From positions 1 through 24,000 of the forward strand of contig CAXPJI010000008.1 in the NCBI GenBank assembly GCA_964217345.1: a stretch of DNA of 24,000 nucleotides, in the 5' to 3' direction. Position numbers and translations under genes: made by a program. The DNA comes from Euzebya sp. Its GTDB lineage: Bacteria; Bacteroidota; Bacteroidia; Flavobacteriales; Flavobacteriaceae. This document shows, in pieces, positions 6,996-14,412 of this stretch; the first letter of the stretch is position 1, and each line of letters starts with the position of its first letter. The notes beneath the pieces are model-generated. The model saw only the letters and a list, made by a program, of their open reading frames with translations. It was not told where the DNA came from and ran no database searches.

Positions 6996-8501
6996 CTACC
7001 AGATACCCTTCAGCCGCTCCTTCTCTAAACGGATCGCTTCATTCGTTGGATTATCGACGGCTATCTGATTGTAACCCTGGTCAGGGAACACCTGCAAGGT
7101 CATTAAAGTTTTTCCTCCTGCTACGAGAAGCTCGATGGAAGAAGCGTCTACATAGATTTCGAAGCTCAAAGATTCATCATTGAGGTAGCTAATGTCTGCA
7201 GTTAGCTCTTCAGAGGTAAACGCTTCACTAAACGAAACGTTTCCTGATTTAGAGCGATCAGCTACAATTTCACCATCGGCTCTATTAATGCTGAACACTA
7301 CTCGCTCGGTGTCATTCTGTAAAGCAAAACTAAATGCCTCAGCTGCTGTTTCTAAATAAATCCTAGATTGACTAGCACCCTCAAAAGGAATAAGTGATTG
7401 ACCTGAAGAGAGAGTCTCAACAGACGAGCCTTCTACTTTTAGACTGGCAGCTGCTTCTAAGATTTGACTTTGAAGACGGACACCGTCGGTTGCCTGAAAT
7501 AAAGACAGTTTTCTAGGCAAGGTCATCGAGCTTCTCCAAGCTTCTGTCGGAGTCTGCTGGGCATAGGCCCAGTTACTCATCCATCCGATAAACACCCTAG
7601 AATCATCGGGCACATCGTTGTAGGTGACTCCAGCATAGTTATCGGGCCCGTGATCTACCCAACGAATATCTTCCTGATCGGTTGAAAAAGTATAACCATC
7701 AAAATCGCCAATAAAATATTGAGTGGCACTACCTCCATTCGGGCCTCCCGGATTAATACTAATTAGTAGCACCCAATGCTTTTCGCCATTAAGCTCTAGC
7801 TCGAAAAGATCTGGGCATTCCCATACCCCTCCGTGGGCACCAACCCCTTGACCGAAGGTCGAACTGAGTTCCCAATCAATTAGGTTCGATGAACGAAAGA
7901 GTTGAAGGTGATCGCCGGCCACTAGGCTCATAATCCATGATGACGATGCTTCGTGCCAAAAAACCTTCGGGTCTCTAAAGTCTTTTACTCCTGGATTGGC
8001 AATGACTGGATTGTTTTGGTACATCGTCCAAGTATCGCCGTGGTAAAGACTGTAGGCGATTCCTTGAGTCTGATAGTCGATTTTACCTGCCTTCTCAGTC
8101 TCCATTTTGTGATAGGTAAAAATGGCAATGAGCGGCGGGTTTTCGGTCGTACCTAAACCTGAAGTATTCTCCTTATCGTAGACCGCGCTCCCTGAGAAAA
8201 TATATCCGTGCTCATCAGGAAACAATGCAATAGGTTTGTTTTCCCAATGAATCAAATCCTTACTTACCGCATGCCCCCAGTGCATAGGCCCCCAAACGAT
8301 ATCCTCAGGATAATACTGATAGAATAAATGGTAGGTTCCGTTTTCAAAGATTAATCCGTTCGGATCGTTCATCCATTTCTGTGGAGGAGAAAAATGATAT
8401 TGTAATCGGTAAGGCTCGTTATAATTCATAGTGGTCGTTGTGCTACATGCACCTAATAGCAGTGCAAAACTCGCGATAAAAACTTTTCTAATGCTCATCA
8501 T
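6996..8501 (-). CDS. Glycoside hydrolase family 32 (exo-fructosidase/levanase/invertase type), lipoprotein
   Basis: The catalytic GH32 motifs WMNDPNGL, FRDPKVFW and WECPDLF are present, plus a C-terminal beta-sandwich-sized region. Starting at the ATG at 8499-8501 gives MMSIRKVFIASFALLLGACS (signal plus lipobox). The track start at 8534 (also ATG) adds 11 aa. Confidence 0.88.
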   Translation of the reverse strand: MMSIRKVFIASFALLLGACSTTTTMNYNEPYRLQYHFSPPQKWMNDPNGLIFENGTYHLFYQYYPEDIVWGPMHWGHAVSKDLIHWENKPIALFPDEHGYIFSGSAVYDKENTSGLGTTENPPLIAIFTYHKMETEKAGKIDYQTQGIAYSLYHGDTWTMYQNNPVIANPGVKDFRDPKVFWHEASSSWIMSLVAGDHLQLFRSSNLIDWELSSTFGQGVGAHGGVWECPDLFELELNGEKHWVLLISINPGGPNGGSATQYFIGDFDGYTFSTDQEDIRWVDHGPDNYAGVTYNDVPDDSRVFIGWMSNWAYAQQTPTEAWRSSMTLPRKLSLFQATDGVRLQSQILEAAASLKVEGSSVETLSSGQSLIPFEGASQSRIYLETAAEAFSFALQNDTERVVFSINRADGEIVADRSKSGNVSFSEAFTSEELTADISYLNDESLSFEIYVDASSIELLVAGGKTLMTLQVFPDQGYNQIAVDNPTNEAIRLEKERLKGIW

Positions 8502-8561
8502 TGGGCTATTTTGGTTGAAAATATACAAATTCATTCACCCCGCCTCTCCAATCCTACAAAA

Positions 8562-9188
8562 ATGACCGATACACAGGCACTTACCATCTTTTGTAAAACA
8601 CCTAAGAAAGGGTTTGTAAAAACCCGTCTTGCTGCCAGTGTGGGGGATCAGAAGGCTTTAGAGGTCTACCTTAACCTTTTAAACATTACAGATGAAGAGA
8701 CCAGACCCTTCTCATCTTCAAGACATTTATTCTTAGCGAGTGCCTTAGAAGATTCTGTAGAAAAAATGCGATCTACTCTTCAACAGCAAGGCCTATTTAC
8801 CGATCCTAAAACTAACTTTGCAATTCAGCAAGGAGAAGATCTTGGTCAGCGAATGATTGCAGCATTCAAAAAGCTCTTCCAAAACCATCAATCGGTGGTC
8901 CTTATTGGCTGTGATCTTCCAGATTTAACCTCTGCACTAATCTCTAATGCTTTCGATGCACTCCAGAGTAATGATGTAGTAATAGGCCCTAGTTGTGATG
9001 GTGGCTATTATCTCATTGGCTTGAACAAGGAGACCCCCGACCTATTTAAAGAGATTTCTTGGAGCACGGAAAAGGTTTTAAATCAAACAATGGAAAAGGC
9101 TGAAAGACTTTCGCTAAAAGTTCAACTCTTAGATCAATTGAGAGACATTGACACCCTAGAAGACCTGCATTTCAGCAAACTTAAATAG
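8562..9188 (+). CDS. DUF2064 / TIGR04282-like (CofC/MobA-like GT-A fold) transferase, the family associated with arsenosugar/radical-SAM clusters
   Basis: ATG at 8562 (the track start 8511 adds 17 unlikely aa). Recognised motifs are LTIFCKTPKKGFVKTRLA, QQGEDLGQRM, LIGCDLPDL, VIGPSCDGGYYLIGL and ISWSTEKV, matching my memory of the DUF2064 consensus (AK.P.PG.VKTRL, QG.GDLG.RM, G.D.P, GPA.DGGYYL.G, W.T..V). Confidence 0.65.
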   Translation: MTDTQALTIFCKTPKKGFVKTRLAASVGDQKALEVYLNLLNITDEETRPFSSSRHLFLASALEDSVEKMRSTLQQQGLFTDPKTNFAIQQGEDLGQRMIAAFKKLFQNHQSVVLIGCDLPDLTSALISNAFDALQSNDVVIGPSCDGGYYLIGLNKETPDLFKEISWSTEKVLNQTMEKAERLSLKVQLLDQLRDIDTLEDLHFSKLK

Positions 9189-9236
9189 GTTAGTAAAGGT
9201 TTAGTATCCGCCCAAAATAGTCGTAATTTAGAGGCT

Positions 9237-10046
9237 ATGTTAACAGAAGATGTTTTAAAAGAATCTCTAGCATTCTTGCGTTCCAAAGGATTCGGAGATG
9301 CGGAGGTCGGTATCATTTTAGGCACAGGCCTTGGTCAGTTTGTCGATGAAATAACCATTGAGGCGGTAGCCCATTATCACCATATTCCTTACTTCCCCAT
9401 ATCCACAGTTGAATACCACTCAGGAAAACTCCTTTATGGTACACTTCAGGGTAAAAAGGTGGTCGTAATGCAAGGCAGGTTTCACCTCTATGAAGGCTAT
9501 GACTTTGTAGAACTGACGTACCCGATACGTGTGATGCACGCTCTAGGAATTAATAAACTTTTGGTTTCGAATGCTGCAGGAGCCATTAACCCTGACTACA
9601 GAAAAGGGGATTTATTACTTATAGACGACCATATCAACCTACAAGGAGGATCACCACTTGCCTTCTCGAACGTGAGTGAATTCGGGCCCCGATTTGTAGA
9701 TATGATTTGTCCGTATGATGCAGAACTTTCAAAAATAGTAGAAGAAAAGGCAAGCAGTGTTGGAATAAAACTTCACCGTGGGGTTTATGCAGCCGTTATA
9801 GGGCCTCAACTCGAAACTCGTGCCGAGTATCGAATGCTGAGAATCCTAGGTGCCGATGCGGTAGGTATGAGCACGGTACCCGAGGTTATTGTGGCCAACC
9901 AACTCAACCTTCCTGTAATTGCGATTTCAGTGATTACCGATGAATGTGACCCTGATCATCTGCAGCCCATAAACGTGCCAGAAATCATGGAAATCGCAAA
10001 GGCCAGCGAACCAAAACTTATCCAACTTTTTAAATCAGTTATTTAA
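9237..10046 (+). CDS. Trimeric-type purine nucleoside phosphorylase (PunA/PNP-MTAP family) with Asp at the Asn243-equivalent position
   Basis: 269 aa with motifs ILGTGLG, EYHSG, QGRFHLYEG, VSNAAGA, GPQLETRAEYR and LGADAVGMSTVPEVIVA. SVITDECD aligns with human SLITNKV and MTAP ATDYDCW. The stop overlaps the next start (TAATG 10044-10048). Confidence 0.85.
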   Translation: MLTEDVLKESLAFLRSKGFGDAEVGIILGTGLGQFVDEITIEAVAHYHHIPYFPISTVEYHSGKLLYGTLQGKKVVVMQGRFHLYEGYDFVELTYPIRVMHALGINKLLVSNAAGAINPDYRKGDLLLIDDHINLQGGSPLAFSNVSEFGPRFVDMICPYDAELSKIVEEKASSVGIKLHRGVYAAVIGPQLETRAEYRMLRILGADAVGMSTVPEVIVANQLNLPVIAISVITDECDPDHLQPINVPEIMEIAKASEPKLIQLFKSVI

Positions 10047-11011
10047 TGAGTTATCTAGACGCCACTCATGATTTATACACCAAAGCTGCTGAAACCCCTG
10101 AGATAGGCTTGTGCTGCACCACTAGCCCGATATGGCAGTTTCCTGGCTTGTCGATTCCTAAAAGGATGCAAGAAATGAACTACGGATGCGGAACAACAGT
10201 TTCTGCTTCTGATTTGGTAGGCAATCCTAAAATACTCTACGTCGGAGTAGGCGGAGCTATGGAGCTGCTTCAGTTCGCGTATTTCTCTAGAGAAAAGGGG
10301 AATATTATCGGGGTAGACTCCGTCGACAGAATGCTTCAAGCGGCAGAAGAGAATCTTTTAGTGGCTGAGAAAGAAAATGAATGGTTCGAACGTGATTTTA
10401 TCGAACTCAAAAAAGGCGATGCGCTAAACTTGCCTATTGAAGATGAATCTGTCGATATTGCTGCACAAAATTGCCTCTTTAATATTTTCAAAGCAGAAGA
10501 TCTCAAAAAGGCCATTTCAGAAATGTATCGAGTATTAAAGCCTCACGGTAGACTCGTTATGAGTGATCCTATTTGTGAACAACCGATGTCTGAAACACTT
10601 CGAAACGATGACCGCTTACGAGCAGAGTGTTTGAGCGGAGCTATTCCACTAAAAGACTACCTCAAGGCACTTACTGAAGCTGGCTTTGGTACTATCGAGG
10701 TGAGGGCAAAGCACTCGTATCGCATTCTTGATCCTAAACATTATTCGACCGACCAGCTGATACATATTGAATCGGTTGAAGTGTGTGCGATTAAAGATCC
10801 GATGCCCCCAGACGGGCCGTGCATTTTTACGGGTAAAACCGCCATTTATTTCGGAGAAGAGGAGTACTTTGATGATCATAAAGGCCACCTTCTTTTAAAG
10901 CACCAACCACTCGCAGTCTGCGATAAAACGGCCGCTCAACTGGGTGGTTTAAATGCCGACATCCACATCAGCGAGTCAACCTATCATTACAGAGGAGGAG
11001 GCTGCTGTTAA
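10046..11011 (+). CDS. arsM: ArsM-like As(III) S-adenosylmethionine methyltransferase (three-domain type, Cys-rich, C-terminal CC)
   Basis: 321 aa, collinear by eye with my memory of Cyanidioschyzon ArsM. Matches are YGCG (C48), IIGVDSVD, VDIAAQNCLFN (C143), LKPHGRLVMSD, RAECLSGA (C195), N-terminal GLCCTT (C23/C24), a C-terminal domain, and the tail GGGCC. Cys spacings (24/25, 95, 52) are close to CmArsM C44-C72-C174-C224 (28, 102, 50). Confidence 0.65.
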   Translation: MSYLDATHDLYTKAAETPEIGLCCTTSPIWQFPGLSIPKRMQEMNYGCGTTVSASDLVGNPKILYVGVGGAMELLQFAYFSREKGNIIGVDSVDRMLQAAEENLLVAEKENEWFERDFIELKKGDALNLPIEDESVDIAAQNCLFNIFKAEDLKKAISEMYRVLKPHGRLVMSDPICEQPMSETLRNDDRLRAECLSGAIPLKDYLKALTEAGFGTIEVRAKHSYRILDPKHYSTDQLIHIESVEVCAIKDPMPPDGPCIFTGKTAIYFGEEEYFDDHKGHLLLKHQPLAVCDKTAAQLGGLNADIHISESTYHYRGGGCC

Positions 11012-12312
11012 TGGATGAGAAAATCGTCATTATCGGCAATGGTATTGCAGGAAGTACTCTAGCACTTGAGTTAGCTGAGAAAGGAACTGCTTCAGTGACC
11101 CTGATCTCTGATGAAAGCCCTTATTTCTTCTCTAGAACTGCCCTGATGTATGTCTATATGGGGCATTTAACCAAAGAACAACTCGAACCCGTTTCTAGAG
11201 AAAGTTGGGCCCAATCTCCCATTCAGCGAGTCAAGGCCCGGGTTTTATCGATTCGTCCAGAAGACAAAGAGCTATCCTTTCAATCCAGTGAAGGGGACGT
11301 AAAGCAACTCTCCTATGATCGACTAGTGATTGCGACAGGATCAAAACCTGCCTTTTACGATTGGAAAGGGCAAGAAGCTGAAGGAGTCTTAGGGCTTTAC
11401 CATTTAAGCGATTTAGAAAAACTAGAAAAATGGGCTCCGAATGCTTCTGCTTGTCCCGAAGCTGTTGTGATTGGGGGCGGATTAATTGGAATCGAGCTCT
11501 GCGAAATGCTACTCAGTCGCCAAATAAAAACAACCTTAATTATTAGAGAAAGCTTTTTCTGGTCAAGCCACTTGCCAGAATCTGATGCGCAGTTTGTAGA
11601 AAAGCACATCCAATCGCATCACTTAAATCTCATAAAAGAAGATGAGTTACTAGAAATAAGTACAGATGAGACCGGTCGCGTCTCTTCGATTCAAACCAAA
11701 AAAGGCGAGACGATTTCGTGTAATTTAGTCGGAATTACTACCGGTGTGCGTCCGAACATTGAGTTTTTAAAAACGAGCAGATTAGAATTAGACAAAGGGA
11801 TACTCGTCGATGAATATCTCAAAACCTCAGATCCCTCGATTTATGCCATTGGCGACTGTGCTCAGGTTAGAAATCCACTTTCGAATCGTTCCGCAATCGA
11901 ACCCGTATGGTATTCGGGTAAATTGATGGGGGAAGCCCTTGCTCAGACTTTTTCCGGCCAACCGGCCCCATATAACCCCGGTATATGGTACAACTCAGCA
12001 AAGTTTTTCGATCTCGAATACCAGACCTATGGCAAAGTCCACCCAAAAGCATCGCAGCCGGAGAATGAACAACAATTTCATTGGGAGGCCGATGAGAAAG
12101 CGATGACCTTCGCCTATGATAAAACGTCCGGTGCATTTTTAGGAATCAACAGCTTTGGCATTCGTCTGAATCATCGTATAGTCAGCAGCTGGATTGAAAC
12201 GGCTATTACTATTCAAGAAGTAATTGATCGTTTAGAAGAAGCCCATTTTGATCCAGAATTTAGTCATCGATACTACAACCAGATTAAACATGCATTCGTA
12301 CAGAACCAATAA
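11011..12312 (+). CDS. FAD/NAD(P)-dependent pyridine-nucleotide oxidoreductase (ferredoxin/rubredoxin-reductase-like, no redox CxxC)
   Basis: 433 aa with the FAD fold KIVIIGNGIAGSTLALELAEKG, a second dinucleotide fold AVVIGGGLIGIELCEML, and IYAIGDCAQV. The start is fused to the upstream stop (TAATG 11009-11013). Confidence 0.8.
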   Translation: MDEKIVIIGNGIAGSTLALELAEKGTASVTLISDESPYFFSRTALMYVYMGHLTKEQLEPVSRESWAQSPIQRVKARVLSIRPEDKELSFQSSEGDVKQLSYDRLVIATGSKPAFYDWKGQEAEGVLGLYHLSDLEKLEKWAPNASACPEAVVIGGGLIGIELCEMLLSRQIKTTLIIRESFFWSSHLPESDAQFVEKHIQSHHLNLIKEDELLEISTDETGRVSSIQTKKGETISCNLVGITTGVRPNIEFLKTSRLELDKGILVDEYLKTSDPSIYAIGDCAQVRNPLSNRSAIEPVWYSGKLMGEALAQTFSGQPAPYNPGIWYNSAKFFDLEYQTYGKVHPKASQPENEQQFHWEADEKAMTFAYDKTSGAFLGINSFGIRLNHRIVSSWIETAITIQEVIDRLEEAHFDPEFSHRYYNQIKHAFVQNQ

Positions 12313-13729
12313 CATACAAAAGGTATTTACCTATTTGGGGCTATCTGGCCTAGCGGTTTTAATCCTTGCGGGATTTACCGCCTCTTTCCTCAAATCAGCA
12401 GGTCTTTTTCTCGGTCTAGGACTTATCAGCCTTGGAGTTATCGGCTATACCTTTTCTAGCTATTCAGGCTTACCCCAGGGTATTAAAAACAACGGTGTTT
12501 GGTACCGATCCCTAACTTCAAGAGGTATTGTCGCTTGGGTAGTCGGAGTGATTTTAACCGCGTTTTATATAATACTCTACTTTTATCCTGAACACTTAGA
12601 GGGACTTATTCGGTTATTCGACCCTTTAAGCGAGGGGTTGAGTGGAAAAAAGGCTTCGCAGTGGTTCGTATACGGGGTGCTTTATACCCTCGCTATCGTA
12701 CTCTTTGGAATTAAGTTTATTGTAAAATACAAGCACTCCAAATACCAAAAGTACCGAACCTACAGCGTCATCTTTTTTCAAACGATTTTCGCGTTTCTGA
12801 TACCCGAGATGATGGCTCGACTGAATGGGGACCTGCCCTATTACGATTTGAAAAGCATTTGGCCTTTGAATTATTACCTTTTCGACGGCTACCAATTAGA
12901 TGGATTTCTACAAAACGGCAGCCTAGGAACTGCACTTTTGATCTTTGGTATTCTTAGTACGCTAATTATTACACCTATTCTGACCTATAAATTTGGTAAA
13001 CGATGGTACTGCTCCTGGGTTTGTGGATGCGGTGGTCTTGCTGAGACTGCAGGAGATCCCTTTAGACAATTGAGCGATAAAAGTCTTCGAGCATGGAAAC
13101 TCGAAAGATGGATGATTCATCTTATACTGGTCTGGGTATTCATTAGTACCGTTGGGGTGGTTTACAGTTATCTTCTGCAAGCTCCTGATTCTTATTTGTT
13201 AGGACCTAAAACATTCCTTCTTTCAGTAAGTTTTGTTTTTAGCCTCGTGGTGGGATTAATTTTATGGAAGCGCAGGGATTGGCTAGCGAAAGATGCCCAA
13301 TCTTCAGCTATTGCAATCAGCTCAGTAATTGTTCTGCTTTTAGGGTTTTTCTTTTTCAGTGAGAGTGATCGAGTACTGTTTATACCCTCATATCAGATTC
13401 GATCTGCCTACGGATTCTTCATCGGCAGTATCTTTTCTGGGGTAATTGGAACGGGGTTTTATCCGATACTAGGAAACAGAGTTTGGTGTCGATTCGGATG
13501 TCCAATGGCCGCAATTTTGGGAATTCAGCAAAAGCTATTCTCCAAATTTAGGATCAGTACCAATGGTGGACAGTGTATCTCTTGCGGAAATTGCTCCGCT
13601 TACTGCGAAATGGGAATAGACGTGCGTGCCTACGCCCAACGTGAAGAACCTATAAAAAGAGCCTCTTGTGTAGGATGCGGAATCTGCTCAGCTGTTTGTC
13701 CGAGAGGGGTGCTTCGACTAGAATCATGA
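12290..13729 (+). CDS. Polytopic membrane polyferredoxin (NapH/MauN-like, two CX3C motifs plus two 4Fe-4S motifs)
   Basis: The ATG at 12290 overlaps the upstream gene by 23 nt; the track start 12248 is less likely. There are many hydrophobic helices. Motifs are WYCSWVCGCGG and VWCRFGCPMA, with C-terminal CISCGNCSAYC and CVGCGICSAVCP. Confidence 0.75.
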   Translation: MHSYRTNNIQKVFTYLGLSGLAVLILAGFTASFLKSAGLFLGLGLISLGVIGYTFSSYSGLPQGIKNNGVWYRSLTSRGIVAWVVGVILTAFYIILYFYPEHLEGLIRLFDPLSEGLSGKKASQWFVYGVLYTLAIVLFGIKFIVKYKHSKYQKYRTYSVIFFQTIFAFLIPEMMARLNGDLPYYDLKSIWPLNYYLFDGYQLDGFLQNGSLGTALLIFGILSTLIITPILTYKFGKRWYCSWVCGCGGLAETAGDPFRQLSDKSLRAWKLERWMIHLILVWVFISTVGVVYSYLLQAPDSYLLGPKTFLLSVSFVFSLVVGLILWKRRDWLAKDAQSSAIAISSVIVLLLGFFFFSESDRVLFIPSYQIRSAYGFFIGSIFSGVIGTGFYPILGNRVWCRFGCPMAAILGIQQKLFSKFRISTNGGQCISCGNCSAYCEMGIDVRAYAQREEPIKRASCVGCGICSAVCPRGVLRLES

Positions 13730-14412
13730 TTTATGTAATTATCCCTGCACTAAACGAAGAGGAGGCAATTGCTAGGGTTATTGCAGATATACCTGAATCA
13801 GTCACCGAAGTAGTAGTGATTGATAATGGTTCAACAGATCGAACTTCAGAGGTTGCAAGAAAGGCCGGAGCTACCGTTCTTAAAGAATCTCGAGCGGGCT
13901 ATGGTTATGCCTGTCTCAAAGGAATCACCTATTTGAAAGACCAACAACAAAATGGGGATATCATTGTCTTCTTAGATGGTGATTATTCGGATTACCCCGA
14001 AGAACTAACCTCTCTAGTGGCTCCTATCGAGAAGGACAATTATGATTTAGTGATCGGTACTCGAAATAATCCTTTACTACAAAAAGGAGCCCTCACTCCA
14101 CAACAACGATTCGGCAATGCGCTTGCCACTCGATTAATGGCCCTATTGTATGGCGGAAAGTATACCGATCTCGGTCCCTTTAGAGCCATAAGCTTCGATG
14201 CCTTAGATCGACTAAAAATGCAGGATAAAACTTACGGATGGACGGTTGAAATGCAACTCAAAGCGCTAAAACATCGATTAAGGTATACCGAAGTACCCGT
14301 TAACTATCGTCCACGTATCGGTGAATCCAAGGTGTCTGGCACCCTTAAAGGAACGATCATGGCCGGTTACAAAATACTCGGTTGGATATTTATTTACGCA
14401 TTCAAGAAATGA
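13726..14412 (+). CDS. Small family-2 glycosyltransferase (polyprenyl-phosphate glycosyltransferase / TIGR04283-like)
   Basis: The ATG at 13726 forms an ATGA overlap with the upstream stop. It is 228 aa with IYVIIPALNEEEAI, VVIDNGSTDRT and FLDGDYSD (DxD). This is the GT-A fold of the DPM1/Ppm1/GtrB type, without long C-terminal TM helices. Confidence 0.75.
   Translation: MIYVIIPALNEEEAIARVIADIPESVTEVVVIDNGSTDRTSEVARKAGATVLKESRAGYGYACLKGITYLKDQQQNGDIIVFLDGDYSDYPEELTSLVAPIEKDNYDLVIGTRNNPLLQKGALTPQQRFGNALATRLMALLYGGKYTDLGPFRAISFDALDRLKMQDKTYGWTVEMQLKALKHRLRYTEVPVNYRPRIGESKVSGTLKGTIMAGYKILGWIFIYAFKK

Noticed and set aside
6593-7028. Two overlapping plus-strand ORFs (124 aa and 87 aa) opposite the Rieske gene. 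Both are long enough to look like genes.
   Set aside because: They are antisense to a CDS with Tat signal and Rieske motif. The peptides are Pro/Ser/Leu-rich with no signal or domain features. The reverse complement of a Gly/Asn/Thr-rich linker explains why the frame is open.
6949-8561. Bacteroidota-type promoter elements (-7 TAnnTTTG, -33 TTG) in the spacers 6949-6995, 8502-8561 and 20907-20974. An example is TATCTTTA on the minus strand at 6965-6972.
   Set aside because: I found only near matches with a mismatch in the TTTG core. Without transcription start data these cannot be distinguished from AT-rich background, so they are not reported as features.
10991-11001. Shine-Dalgarno-like AGAGGAGGAGG ending 9 nt before the ATG of the oxidoreductase gene (11011).
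   Set aside because: The sequence encodes the Arg-Gly-Gly-Gly tail of the ArsM-like protein. Bacteroidota generally make little use of SD pairing. No other junction in the operon shows a comparable motif, so it is most simply a coding by-product.
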